Shown here one piece after another: positions 28,850 through 38,382 of a stretch of 64,000 bases of DNA. Positions within the stretch are counted from its first letter, which is position 1. Each line of letters begins with the position of its first letter. Position numbers and translations under genes: made by a program. Origin of the DNA: Candidatus Anderseniibacteriota bacterium (lineage in GTDB: Bacteria > Patescibacteriota > Andersenbacteria > UBA10190); contig DATDYZ010000001.1 of assembly GCA_035288905.1 (NCBI GenBank), forward strand, positions 19,172 through 83,171, given 5' to 3'. The notes beneath the pieces were generated by a model. That model did no database searches, had not been told where the DNA came from, and saw nothing but the letters and a program-made list of their open reading frames with translations.

Positions 28850-29680
28850 ATGAATATTATTATTCGACTTTTTCTTTCTCTTATAAGTATATTGGCATTG
28901 TTTTATGTGGTTTTGCAATACCTGTTTCCTATACCTTGTAGCCAAATAATTTCGTATTCCATTGGAAATGTGGACAAGAAGTTCGGTCTTTCTCGGGATG
29001 ATTTTTTACGATCGATTCAGGGTGCAGAAAACGCATGGGAAAAGCCATTTGGTGCTCAGCTTTTCGCATATGATCCAAATGCTGCGTTTACCATAAACCT
29101 CTTATATGATAGTCGACAAAAAAGAACAGACCTAGTAAGGGTAGCTAAAAGTACTCTCAATGAAACATCAAAAACTCGCGAGGGCATCAAGCAGCAATAT
29201 GACAGTGCATACGAAAAATATTCACGAGCACTGAAGGTATATAATACACACGTTCAAGAGTATAAAAATGGTGCTTTTGTATGGGAAACACTCAAACAAG
29301 AAGAAGCAAATCTTAATACTCTTGGCGATCAGGTAAATAAGCTCGTAGATGACGAAAATAAAATTGTAAGAACATACAATACAAAGGTGGAGAAATTTCA
29401 AGATGAATTTTCTGAAGACAGTGAGTTTGCACAGGGCGAATATAACGGCAAGGCGGTTACTATTTATGAATTTACTAATTCGAAGGATTTACTGCTCGTA
29501 CTGGAACATGAACTTGGTCATGTGCTAGGGTTAGATCACGTACAAGATCCTTTCTCTATCATGTATTATCTTGGTCATAGCAACAATACGACACAGAGTG
29601 GCCCGACGGTCGATGATATTTCTATGCTTGCAGCGCAATGTAAGAAGACGTCATTTGGTGTCTTCCTTGATTGGCTATAA
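28850..29680 (+). CDS. Membrane-anchored matrixin/metzincin-like zinc metalloprotease (M10-like)
   Basis: N-terminal TM helix, the HELGHVLGLDHV zinc site (HExxHxxGxxH) and a Met-turn SIMYY. Trimmed from track ORF 28766. Confidence 0.75.
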   Translation: MNIIIRLFLSLISILALFYVVLQYLFPIPCSQIISYSIGNVDKKFGLSRDDFLRSIQGAENAWEKPFGAQLFAYDPNAAFTINLLYDSRQKRTDLVRVAKSTLNETSKTREGIKQQYDSAYEKYSRALKVYNTHVQEYKNGAFVWETLKQEEANLNTLGDQVNKLVDDENKIVRTYNTKVEKFQDEFSEDSEFAQGEYNGKAVTIYEFTNSKDLLLVLEHELGHVLGLDHVQDPFSIMYYLGHSNNTTQSGPTVDDISMLAAQCKKTSFGVFLDWL

Positions 29681-29726
29681 AAAAGGAGTACAATAAACGT
29701 ATTATTACTTTTTAATACATATCTCT

Positions 29727-29972
29727 ATGGAAAACAGTCCAATGGAAAAGAATTGCGAGTCATGCGGATCCGGAACATGTTCTGGAAATTGCGCTGCATG
29801 TAATTGCCCTCACCACAAGGCGATTCCAGTATTTATTATCTTAATTGCTGCAACATTCTTACTCGGAGAATGGGGAATGCTCGCACCATCTTCGGTAGGG
29901 GTTATCTGGCCTATTTTGCTCGGAGCAATTGGAGTTACAAAGCTTATGAAGAGCAAGTGTACCTGCTGCTAA
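29727..29972 (+). CDS. Small Cys-rich membrane protein: N-terminal CxxCxxxxCxxxCxxCxCxHH, two TM helices, C-terminal CTCC
   Basis: ORF of 81 aa. I recognise no family for it. Confidence 0.5.
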   Translation: MENSPMEKNCESCGSGTCSGNCAACNCPHHKAIPVFIILIAATFLLGEWGMLAPSSVGVIWPILLGAIGVTKLMKSKCTCC

Positions 29973-29982
29973 ATCCTTCTAC

Positions 29983-30022
29983 CGCCCTCTCCCTCGACGG
30001 GGAGAGGGATGGGGTGAGGGGT
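29983..30022. repeat. Family B palindromic repeat variant (CCCTCTCCCTCGACGGGGAGAGGG + GGGGTGAGGGG)
   Basis: Seen directly. Confidence 0.7.
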
Positions 30023-30030
30023 ATCGCGTT

Positions 30031-30444
30031 ATGAAACGAGCGACGTTATTCACAGACGGCGGGGCGAGGGGTAACCCGGGTCCCGCCGCAATCGGTTTTG
30101 TGCTTACTGGTATTGGAAGCGCGCCTATTTTATATAAAGAATATATTGGGAAAGGCACGAACAACCAGGCAGAGTATCGTGCGTTATTAGCGGGTATTAC
30201 TCGTGCAAAAAAAGAGGGAGTAAAAGATTTGTTGTGCTATTTAGATAGCGAATTAGTGGTAAAGCAGGTGCGAGGAGAATACAGAGTTAAAAATGAAGAG
30301 CTAAAACTTTTGCTTACAGAAATAAAAAAACTACTACCCGTTTTTGATTCTATAACATTCCAACACGTTCCGCGCGCTAAAAACGCTATTGCGGATAAGC
30401 TGGTGAATGAGGCGTTGGACTCCAATTTTGCAGATGGACTATAA
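30031..30444 (+). CDS. rnhA: Ribonuclease HI
   Basis: FTDGGARGNPGPAA, NNQAEYRAL and the DSELVVKQ catalytic DEDD pattern. Confidence 0.9.
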   Translation: MKRATLFTDGGARGNPGPAAIGFVLTGIGSAPILYKEYIGKGTNNQAEYRALLAGITRAKKEGVKDLLCYLDSELVVKQVRGEYRVKNEELKLLLTEIKKLLPVFDSITFQHVPRAKNAIADKLVNEALDSNFADGL

Positions 30445-30782
30445 GCCGGATTCTGTTAAAGGCAATCATCTGTCTTGTTCTGCTATCGCTAGCAGAATCT
30501 TTGCCCTCTACCTGCCCCGTTATTCACGAAGCGACTTGAGGTTGCACTCGGTGGGGTTTGCACCCTCGCCGTATTACTACGGCGCGGCGTGGGCTCTTAC
30601 CCCACGATTTCACCATTGCTAATAAAAGCTGTTTGTTTCTGTTGCGCTCTTCGCCCTGCAAGCAGGGTCCCTAGGCTTGCGCCTGGCAGACGTTATCTGC
30701 CACTGTTTTCTTGAGTGTCCGGACTTTCCTCTCAGGCCCTTCGATTTCTCTCAGGGTAAAGCGATTGCCCATCCATCTGCGT
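30425..30782 (-). ncRNA. rnpB: RNase P RNA (bacterial type), antisense to the last about 20 nt of rnhA
   Basis: The minus strand reads GAGGAAAGUCCGGAC (P4 5' strand), GGUAAGAGCCCAC, and ACAGAAUCCGGCUUAUAG near the 3' end. The P1 helix GCAGAUGGA / UCCAUCUGC defines the ends. Confidence 0.75.
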
Positions 30783-30844
30783 ACTCTATGCTACGGTAAA
30801 ATTTCTATTTGTCAATTATACAAGAAAAGCGTACGCTATAAGGC

Positions 30845-32266
30845 ATGAAACGTTCTGAGTTGTTTTTTGGTGCGCTCCTTGTGCCTATCGACTTTATCGC
30901 TCTTTTATCTGCTGCTGCATCGGCATATTTCTTGCGTTTGAGTAACGTTGCACAAGGACTACGGCCCGCAGTGTTTGCCTTCGATTTGCCATTTGCAGAA
31001 TATATGCAACTTGCAAGCATTGTATCGTTTGTGATTATTTTTGTATTTTCTTTACACGGGTTATATGCCATGCGAGTAACCCGCAGGGCACTCGATGAAG
31101 TAACGCAAATATTTTCTGGAATTTCTATCGGAATCATGATTATTATTTTATATATCTTTTTACGCGCTGAACTATTTCAATCTCGTTTTATTATTATCAC
31201 CGCGTACGTATTAGCATTTCTCTTTGTTTCGTTTGGACGTATGCTTGTGCGCCAAATGCAGCATGCCCTGCTGCGTCGCGGAATGGGAGTACATCGGGTG
31301 GTGCTTGCAGGTAATGGGCCATTCGCTCTAGAGCTTGATTCTATTTTTAAGCGGCGTCTCGATCTTGGATACGAAGTAGTAGGAAAAGCAGATGCTATAT
31401 CTTGGGATGCACTGCAAAATATATATAATCAATACGGGATAGATGAAATTATTCAAACAAATCCATCTCTTTCTGATGCGGATAATTTAATTCTTCTTGA
31501 TTTTTCTGAGCAGTATAAAATCGATTATCGATATGTTCCAAATATTTTTGAAACACACGCAATCAACGTTCGATATCGTCAGATAGGTATTGTCCCACTA
31601 CTAGAACTTTCTCGAACACCGCTTGATGGATGGGGAAGGATTGTAAAGCGGGTGATTGATATTGGTGGAGCGCTGTTTGGTGTTGTTCTGTTATCTCCGC
31701 TTTTGTTGATAACGGTATATAGTATTAAACGTAATTCTACCGGGTTAGTGATTTATCGACAAATACGGGCAGGGAGAAACATGATTCCCTTTGAAATCAT
31801 GAAATTCAGAAGTATGTATAGCGAGTTTTGTGTTGGTCCGCGGTATGGAGGGAAGCAAGCAGAAGAGAAGTATAAAGAATTGAAGCAAAATGGAAATGAA
31901 CGAACAGGGCCTCTCTTTAAAATGAAAAAAGATCCGAGGGTAACAAGTGTCGGTCGTGTTATACGTCGCTTGCGTATAGACGAATTGCCGCAGCTTTTTA
32001 ATGTTCTGCGGGGGGAGATGAGTTTGGTTGGCCCACGACCTCACTTATTAGAAGAAATAGCTCAATACGATAAATACCATCGCAAGCTTTTTGCTATTAA
32101 ACCAGGAATGTCGGGCATGGCCCAAGTTGCCGGTAATGCAGGACTTTCGTTTGAAGAAGAGGCAAAATTAGATATTGCGTACATAGAGAACTGGTCACTG
32201 TGGCTTGATATTGTCATTATATTAAAAACCATTGGTATTTTATTTCGAGACAAAAATGCTGTGTAG
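30845..32266 (+). CDS. Polyprenyl-phosphate glycosyl-1-phosphate transferase (WbaP/CpsE-type 'bacterial sugar transferase')
   Basis: Multi-TM N-terminus. The C-terminal domain carries [43 protein letters not shown]. Confidence 0.87.
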   Translation: MKRSELFFGALLVPIDFIALLSAAASAYFLRLSNVAQGLRPAVFAFDLPFAEYMQLASIVSFVIIFVFSLHGLYAMRVTRRALDEVTQIFSGISIGIMIIILYIFLRAELFQSRFIIITAYVLAFLFVSFGRMLVRQMQHALLRRGMGVHRVVLAGNGPFALELDSIFKRRLDLGYEVVGKADAISWDALQNIYNQYGIDEIIQTNPSLSDADNLILLDFSEQYKIDYRYVPNIFETHAINVRYRQIGIVPLLELSRTPLDGWGRIVKRVIDIGGALFGVVLLSPLLLITVYSIKRNSTGLVIYRQIRAGRNMIPFEIMKFRSMYSEFCVGPRYGGKQAEEKYKELKQNGNERTGPLFKMKKDPRVTSVGRVIRRLRIDELPQLFNVLRGEMSLVGPRPHLLEEIAQYDKYHRKLFAIKPGMSGMAQVAGNAGLSFEEEAKLDIAYIENWSLWLDIVIILKTIGILFRDKNAV

Positions 32267-32272
32267 GGTAGT

Positions 32273-33367
32273 ATGCGTATTTGTATCATCCATGATTACT
32301 TAACGCACATGGGAGGAGGGGAGCATGTATTAGAAGCGCTTGCAGAGGCGTTTCCTTCTGCTCCTGTGTATACGCTTGTGTATGACCAAAATCAAGTTCA
32401 TGTTTCATTTGATAATAGTAGGATTCGGACTTCTTTTCTACAAAAATTCCCGGGTGCAGCGCGTGCGCATCGATATTTTCCGCTTGCGCTTATGCCACTT
32501 GCTATCGAGCAGTTTAATTTGTCGCAGTTCGATGTAATTATCTCTAATGCGCATAGTTTTGGTAAGGGAGTTCTTGTTTCTCCTGGTACGCTTCATATTT
32601 CCTATTGCATGACGCCTACCAGGTATGCGTGGGATGACAGTCATCGATATGTTCGTGAATTTTCTGGAAGTCGTTGGTTTCAGAAATTCGCACCATTTGC
32701 AATTTCCTATATTCGCATGTGGGATTTTTTAGCATCGCAGCGGGTAGATGCATATGTCACGCTGTCAAGGTATGTTTCGAGAAGAATTCAGAAATACTAT
32801 AATCGCTCGTCACATGTTATTTATCCGCCAGTTGATATCGGAAAGTTTTCTTCTACTGCAAATGAAGGACAATACTATCTTGTAGTTTCAAGGCTTGTTC
32901 CGTATAAACGGATAGAGATTGCAATTGCTGCAGCAGAAAACTTAGGGAAAAGACTCAAGATTGCAGGCACCGGGCCAGAGTTGGCAGCGTTACAGCGTAT
33001 CGCTGGGCCTATGACGGAATTTTTAGGGTTTGTTCCTGATGCGTTGTTGCCAGAACTCTATCGCAATGCAAAAGCGCTTCTCTTCCCACAGGAAGAAGAT
33101 TTTGGGTTGACTCCCATTGAAGCTGCTGCAAGTGGAGTGCCCACCATTGCATATGGGGCTGGCGGAGCACTTGAGACAATTATAGATGGCACAACAGGGC
33201 TGTTTTTCCCCGAGCAAGCGACGTGGAGTTTAATGCAGGCGATGCAAGTGTTTGAAGGCAAGACATGGAATAAACAGGTACTCGTTGCGCATGCAGCGCA
33301 GTTTTCCAAACAGCGCTTTATGGCTGAAATACAACAATTTGTACAAAAGGCATACGCGCGTGCATAA
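32273..33367 (+). CDS. GT4 family glycosyltransferase
   Basis: EDFGLTPIEAAASGVPTIA motif. Confidence 0.85.
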   Translation: MRICIIHDYLTHMGGGEHVLEALAEAFPSAPVYTLVYDQNQVHVSFDNSRIRTSFLQKFPGAARAHRYFPLALMPLAIEQFNLSQFDVIISNAHSFGKGVLVSPGTLHISYCMTPTRYAWDDSHRYVREFSGSRWFQKFAPFAISYIRMWDFLASQRVDAYVTLSRYVSRRIQKYYNRSSHVIYPPVDIGKFSSTANEGQYYLVVSRLVPYKRIEIAIAAAENLGKRLKIAGTGPELAALQRIAGPMTEFLGFVPDALLPELYRNAKALLFPQEEDFGLTPIEAAASGVPTIAYGAGGALETIIDGTTGLFFPEQATWSLMQAMQVFEGKTWNKQVLVAHAAQFSKQRFMAEIQQFVQKAYARA

Positions 33368-33376
33368 TCATATGAT

Positions 33377-34012
33377 ATGCAAGAAGATCCAAGAGACGCT
33401 ATTCTTTCTTCACTGAGTGCACTTTCCCGTGCTTTTTTTCTTATTTTGAGCCTAAGTTTAATTGTTGCTTTTATTGCCTATGGGGTTGTAAAAAAAATTC
33501 CTGGCACCTATGAAGTGCATTTTTCATATATGGTTTCCATAGAGCAACACGATGTCGCACTCGGGTTTCGGTACGACGGGTATTATGCCCTTTCTTCCAC
33601 GGATTTATTTTCTGCAACGCTTGCAAGTATTGCATCTGCTCCTGAAACAATTATCGCTGCCTACATTGCATCTGGTATACAACCTCCAACGCAAGATGCA
33701 ATTCGTCTTGTTCGTGTAGTTACTGCAAAAAAGACAGCACCCGCGTTAGTTCAAATTACTGTTACGGACGCATCTCAAAAGAATGCAGAACAGCTGACGA
33801 GTGGGCTCATGACAGTTCTCGCAAAAACAATCGATGAATATAATACAAAAGGTCCCGCTTCTCTTATTTTTCATGGAGTTTCTACTACACCATGGACATC
33901 CGTTCATGCTCCTCTGCCACTACCAATTGCGGCATCTATGTTTATGCTTGTTTTTTTGGGTGGAAATATGATTGTCTTGGTTCGGCAGGCGCTTAAGCGA
34001 GGGCATCACTAG
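33377..34012 (+). CDS. Hypothetical two-TM membrane protein (possible Wzz-like chain-length regulator)
   Basis: N- and C-terminal TM helices around a soluble domain, lying within the polysaccharide cluster. I recognise no motif. Confidence 0.4.
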   Translation: MQEDPRDAILSSLSALSRAFFLILSLSLIVAFIAYGVVKKIPGTYEVHFSYMVSIEQHDVALGFRYDGYYALSSTDLFSATLASIASAPETIIAAYIASGIQPPTQDAIRLVRVVTAKKTAPALVQITVTDASQKNAEQLTSGLMTVLAKTIDEYNTKGPASLIFHGVSTTPWTSVHAPLPLPIAASMFMLVFLGGNMIVLVRQALKRGHH

Positions 34013-34019
34013 CAGTTGT

Positions 34020-35141
34020 ATGCATATAGCTATTGATGTCCGCTCGCTTATAGGGCTTCGGCATAGTGGGGTAGAGGAATATACAATCCAAATTATCCGC
34101 GCCATGTCGGTAGTTGCGCCGCAGCACACGTATCATTTGTTTTACAGCTCATTTAAAAAAGTAGAGATGCCGTCATTTCGAGAAAATGTGGTTGTGCACC
34201 CATTTCATTATCCCAATAAGCTCATTCATACTTCCCAGTGGTTGTTTTCTCGGCCGCGGTGGGACGTAATGCTTCCGGTTGCTCCTGATGTAGTGTTTGT
34301 TCCAAATCCACACCGAATTCCACTTTCGTATACTGTGCCCCTTGTCTCCGTTGTTCATGATTTGGCTTTTGAGCGGTTTCCAGAGTTTTTAACATTTCGG
34401 AAAAAAGTATCTCATCGGTTTATGCGTAATCCGAAATTTCTTCTGAAAAACTCTAGTCAGGTAATAGCAGTATCTGATTATACAAAAGAAGATGTAGTAG
34501 AACTCTATGAGGTAGATCCTTCTCATATTAGTGTGGTGTATTCAGGAATTAGTGCGAGTAGAACGAGCGCAACTCCATTCCAGGTACAAAACGTGAAACG
34601 AAAGTATACGTTGCCAGAAAAGTTTTTGCTGTTTGTAGGAACAATGGAACCAAGAAAAAATATTTCAGGAGTTGTTTCTGCATTTTCTGCAATAGCAAAT
34701 AGAGTATCACAAGATTTGGTAATTGCGGGGGAGCAAGGGTGGAAAATACGCGAGTTGATGTCTCATATTGCATCTTCGCCGTATTCTGACCGTATTCATC
34801 TTGTAGGGTTTGTTGCAGAAGAAGATAAGAATGCTCTATACGCAGCAGCGGACGTGTTTTTGTACCCGAGTTTTTATGAGGGTTTTGGCTTTCCGCCACT
34901 TGAAGCAATGGTTAATGGTACTCCAGCTGTTGTGTCGTTTAATTCTTCGCTTCCCGAAGTAGTTGGAGAGTGGGCGACATTAGTAGACCCGTATAACACT
35001 TCGCAAATTGCTGCTGTGTTAGAAGAATTATTAGTATCGCCAACAAGGGTGCCAGCAAGTGTCCAAAAAGAAATTAGGGAGAAGTACTCGTGGGAACGCG
35101 CCGCAAAAGAGACGGTGAAAATACTGGAGAGCGTTGTATAG
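34020..35141 (+). CDS. GT4 family glycosyltransferase
   Basis: EGFGFPPLEAMVNGTPAV. Trimmed from track ORF 33972. Confidence 0.85.
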   Translation: MHIAIDVRSLIGLRHSGVEEYTIQIIRAMSVVAPQHTYHLFYSSFKKVEMPSFRENVVVHPFHYPNKLIHTSQWLFSRPRWDVMLPVAPDVVFVPNPHRIPLSYTVPLVSVVHDLAFERFPEFLTFRKKVSHRFMRNPKFLLKNSSQVIAVSDYTKEDVVELYEVDPSHISVVYSGISASRTSATPFQVQNVKRKYTLPEKFLLFVGTMEPRKNISGVVSAFSAIANRVSQDLVIAGEQGWKIRELMSHIASSPYSDRIHLVGFVAEEDKNALYAAADVFLYPSFYEGFGFPPLEAMVNGTPAVVSFNSSLPEVVGEWATLVDPYNTSQIAAVLEELLVSPTRVPASVQKEIREKYSWERAAKETVKILESVV

Positions 35142-35149
35142 TTTACTGT

Positions 35150-36268
35150 ATGCGCATAGCAATCGATGCACGAGCGTTTTATTGGACTGGGATTGGCCGG
35201 TATATTCGCAATATTGCGTCAGAGTTTTTGCGTAATTCTTACGGGCACACGTTTACACTTTTAGTTCCTGAGGGTAAAGAAGATGACGTTAAAAAAGAAC
35301 TCCGGGATGACGGGCACTTTCGATATGTCGGCGTTGAGCCGTCCTATTATTCATTAAAAGAACAAACACGCTTTTTGTTTCAATTAAACAAACTAGACGT
35401 TGATCTCGTGCATTTTGCACATTTTAATGTCCCGTATTTCTATCGAAGACCATATGTGGTAACAATTCACGACATAACCCGGTTTATTTTTCCCGGGCAA
35501 AAGCGGCAGTCGTTCATTCAGCAAATTGCGTATGAAACGGTTTTTAGTAATGCAATAGCAAACGCATGGCAAGTCATTGCTGTTTCAAATACAACCAAGC
35601 ACGATATGCAGATGTTGCCGTTTAGGCACATGGCGCCAATTACGTCTATTTACGAAGGGGTAGATCCTGAATTCTCTCAGCCAGTATCACTTATATCTCG
35701 CCAAAAAACGAGGCTTCTTCTTGGTACTGATCGGCCTTTTTTCTTATTTGTTGGTGTTTGGATGAGTCATAAAAACTTGGTACGTCTTCTCGCTGCATAT
35801 CAAATGGTTCAGAAAAAATTTCCTGAAGTAGCGTTAGTGATAACAGGGAAGCCAGTGCCCGGGTATAGCAATCTCATTGCCTATGTACAAAAAAATAACC
35901 TAGAAAAAGACGTTATATTCCCTGGTTTTGTTCCCCACGCCCTCTTGCCTGCACTATATAGTGAAGCACAAGCGTTTGTATTTCCGAGTCTTTACGAGGG
36001 GTTTGGGCTACCTCCACTTGAAGCCATGACGTGCGGAGCACCAGTTATTGCGTCAAATAGTTCCAGTATTCCTGAGCTGTTGGGGAACGCCGCAGAATAC
36101 ATCAATCCAGAATCGGTGGATGATATTGCACATGGCATGACGAAGATTTTACAAAACCCTACATATGTCAATCAATTAGCCAAAAAAGGCAGAGAATATG
36201 CGAAACAATACCGCTGGGACGTTTGTGCAAAGCAGCATATACAAGTATACGAAAAAGCGCTTGAATAA
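35150..36268 (+). CDS. GT4 family glycosyltransferase
   Basis: [20 protein letters not shown]. Trimmed from track ORF 35090. Confidence 0.85.
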   Translation: MRIAIDARAFYWTGIGRYIRNIASEFLRNSYGHTFTLLVPEGKEDDVKKELRDDGHFRYVGVEPSYYSLKEQTRFLFQLNKLDVDLVHFAHFNVPYFYRRPYVVTIHDITRFIFPGQKRQSFIQQIAYETVFSNAIANAWQVIAVSNTTKHDMQMLPFRHMAPITSIYEGVDPEFSQPVSLISRQKTRLLLGTDRPFFLFVGVWMSHKNLVRLLAAYQMVQKKFPEVALVITGKPVPGYSNLIAYVQKNNLEKDVIFPGFVPHALLPALYSEAQAFVFPSLYEGFGLPPLEAMTCGAPVIASNSSSIPELLGNAAEYINPESVDDIAHGMTKILQNPTYVNQLAKKGREYAKQYRWDVCAKQHIQVYEKALE

Positions 36269-36269
36269 C

Positions 36270-36295
36270 TTATTCCAAGGCAAAGCCTTGGAATT
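36270..36295. repeat. REP-C palindrome TTCCAAGGCAAAGCCTTGGAA (inverted orientation relative to the two other copies)
   Basis: Perfect hairpin. Confidence 0.8.
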
Positions 36296-36322
36296 GCTTA
36301 TGAATTTGCTAGATATGCTAGA

Positions 36323-36961
36323 ATGATTGGGATTATATCTATGAACTGTAACGAATATCACATAATCGGAATGAGTCCTGGTAATAGCTATTTTAAGGAT
36401 GAAGAAATTCTTTACCTGCTCAAAACTACAATTGATCGTTTTGGTAAGGTAGCTATTTTAATTGCGGATATTCCTGCAATATCTACATACATAGCTTTGG
36501 GGTATCCAGAAAATCGAGCACGGCGTGATAAGGCCATACCAAAAGGCAATGCGTTAAAAAATCGCGTACGAAAAATAATGGCCAAGCTTGGTTATTCTGA
36601 GGATATTGTCAGAATTATTGATTGGGAACATGAAGTAGAAAATAATTCCGAGTATCAGAAAAGCTATCAAAATGTACTTGAATTATACAAGCAGAATCGA
36701 GCGTTTCATAGCGCTGCAGATACTACTACCTACTTAGTGCTTGAAAGCTCAAAAAAGGATTTTGATGACATTGAACTCGCCACTGGTATTGCGGTTCATT
36801 ATCTTTTATCAGAGTTTGCTTTTTTGGAGTTTGCGCCGAGCTTTTTGGAAGCAACAAAAGTTATTTATGTTTATCATAAAAACTGGCAAGTATACGAAGA
36901 TTATATCGCAGGTAAATTTGATCATGTCGTACGTCCAAATTTAGGTTTTCTATTACTATAG
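36323..36961 (+). CDS. Cyclodipeptide synthase (CDPS, AlbC/YvmC family)-like protein
   Basis: HIIGMSPGNSYF aligns with the AlbC HALIGISAGNSYF region (catalytic Ser). TYLVLE gives a Y..x3..E pair, and a later VYHKN gives a YH. Length (212 aa) is in the CDPS range. Confidence 0.55.
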   Translation: MIGIISMNCNEYHIIGMSPGNSYFKDEEILYLLKTTIDRFGKVAILIADIPAISTYIALGYPENRARRDKAIPKGNALKNRVRKIMAKLGYSEDIVRIIDWEHEVENNSEYQKSYQNVLELYKQNRAFHSAADTTTYLVLESSKKDFDDIELATGIAVHYLLSEFAFLEFAPSFLEATKVIYVYHKNWQVYEDYIAGKFDHVVRPNLGFLLL

Positions 36962-36980
36962 AATCCCTATGAAACGTAAG

Positions 36981-37010
36981 CTTATTCCAAGGCTTTGCCT
37001 TGGAATATAG
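36981..37010. repeat. REP-C palindrome TTCCAAGGCTTTGCCTTGGAA
   Basis: Perfect hairpin. Confidence 0.8.
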
Positions 37011-37035
37011 TCTATTTTGCGTATAATTACATTAT

Positions 37036-37701
37036 ATGAGTTATCGGCATGTGGGCTTTGCACCAGGTGAGATATATCACATATTCACTCGTGGCGTTGA
37101 GAAAAGAAAGATCTTTCTCTATGATGCTGATCGAATCCGTTTTCTTTCGCTCCTTGTGCATTGTTTACCACAAGGTCCAATCCAAAGTTTTTCTGTCGCG
37201 CAAAAACTCAAGCGAAAAACTGAGATTACCGCTTCTGGCGAAGGGCTAGTAGATATTCTCTGTTACTGCCTTATGAATAATCATATTCACCTGCTCCTGA
37301 AAGAAAATGTCGAAAAAGGTATTTCTATATACATGCAACGACTGCTCACTAGCTACGCTATGTATTTTAACAGAAGATCTGAGCGTTCAGGATCCTTATT
37401 TGTAAATCCGTTTAAGGCGGTTGTAGTTGATGCTGACGATCAATTCCTGCACGTCACTCGATATATTCATCTAAATCCGTTTGTTGCGCATCTGGTTGAA
37501 GACCCCTTTGGATATATTTGGTCTTCTTTACATGAATACACAGCTGCTTCACAAGAAAGTAAAATTTGTCACCCTGAATTACTCCGAGGAATAATGGGAC
37601 AACAGGAGTATCACCGTTTTGTGCTAGATCATGCCGACTATTCGCAGTCGCTTGTAGATAATTATCACCTTCTTATCGACATTGATGAAGAAGTGTCATA
37701 A
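37036..37701 (+). CDS. IS200/IS605-like HuH Y1 transposase (REP-associated tyrosine transposase, RAYT-like)
   Basis: HuH motif NNHIHLLL and the conserved tyrosine region TRYIHLNP. Flanked by REP-C copies. Confidence 0.8.
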   Translation: MSYRHVGFAPGEIYHIFTRGVEKRKIFLYDADRIRFLSLLVHCLPQGPIQSFSVAQKLKRKTEITASGEGLVDILCYCLMNNHIHLLLKENVEKGISIYMQRLLTSYAMYFNRRSERSGSLFVNPFKAVVVDADDQFLHVTRYIHLNPFVAHLVEDPFGYIWSSLHEYTAASQESKICHPELLRGIMGQQEYHRFVLDHADYSQSLVDNYHLLIDIDEEVS

Positions 37702-37705
37702 AGGC

Positions 37706-37735
37706 GTTATTCCAAGGCTTTGCCTTGGAATGCGT
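37706..37735. repeat. REP-C palindrome copy
   Basis: TTCCAAGGCTTTGCCTTGGAA. Confidence 0.8.
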
Positions 37736-37770
37736 TTGCTCACAACTTTTTCTGGGCGTATCATTTTTGT

Positions 37771-38364
37771 ATGAACGCATACAAAAGAATTGCTAACTTT
37801 TTATTCGAAATAGGGACGATGCGGAAGTTGCCTCGTATGCATCGGCAGATGCTGCTAACGGATGATGATTCTGATACTATTGCTTCTCATTCATACAGAG
37901 TTGCCATTATCGCGTGGATACTTGCTAAACAAGAGGGTGCAGATCCGTACAGATCCGTAATGATGGCGTTGCTTCACGATATTGCGGAAGCTCGAACAGG
38001 AGATCATAATTGGGTTCACAAAAAGTATGTAAAAATATTTGAAGATGAAGTGCACAAAGAACAGTTGAACGGCTTGCCTTTTCCGGAGCTGAAAGAATTT
38101 ATTGACGAGTATGTGAAGAGGGAAAGTAAAGAAGCCGTGGTTGCAAAGCATGCTGATCTTCTGGATCAAGTTTTGTTGCTTCGAGAATACGAATGGCAGG
38201 GAAATAAAGAGGCAACGGTGTGGCTACATGGCAAAGGAAAGACGAAAGGAAATGCACAGCTCAAGAAGCTAACTTTGAAACGGGCAAAGGAACTAGGAAA
38301 GGCAATATACAAAACATCTCCGTCTGCTTGGTGGGACGATTTGTGGACGAGCAAAAATCGGTAA
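37771..38364 (+). CDS. HD-domain phosphohydrolase (YfbR-like 5'-deoxynucleotidase family)
   Basis: H..R......LLHDIAE....D metal-binding pattern. Trimmed from track ORF 37720, which starts in the REP. Confidence 0.72.
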   Translation: MNAYKRIANFLFEIGTMRKLPRMHRQMLLTDDDSDTIASHSYRVAIIAWILAKQEGADPYRSVMMALLHDIAEARTGDHNWVHKKYVKIFEDEVHKEQLNGLPFPELKEFIDEYVKRESKEAVVAKHADLLDQVLLLREYEWQGNKEATVWLHGKGKTKGNAQLKKLTLKRAKELGKAIYKTSPSAWWDDLWTSKNR

Positions 38365-38382
38365 ATAGGATACAATGAATAC

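Noticed and set aside
30407-31137. ORFs 30407..30622 (+) and 30805..31137 (-) in the rnhA to sugar-transferase gap
   Set aside because: They overlap the RNase P RNA gene and the sugar-transferase start region. Their composition is consistent with structured RNA rather than coding sequence.
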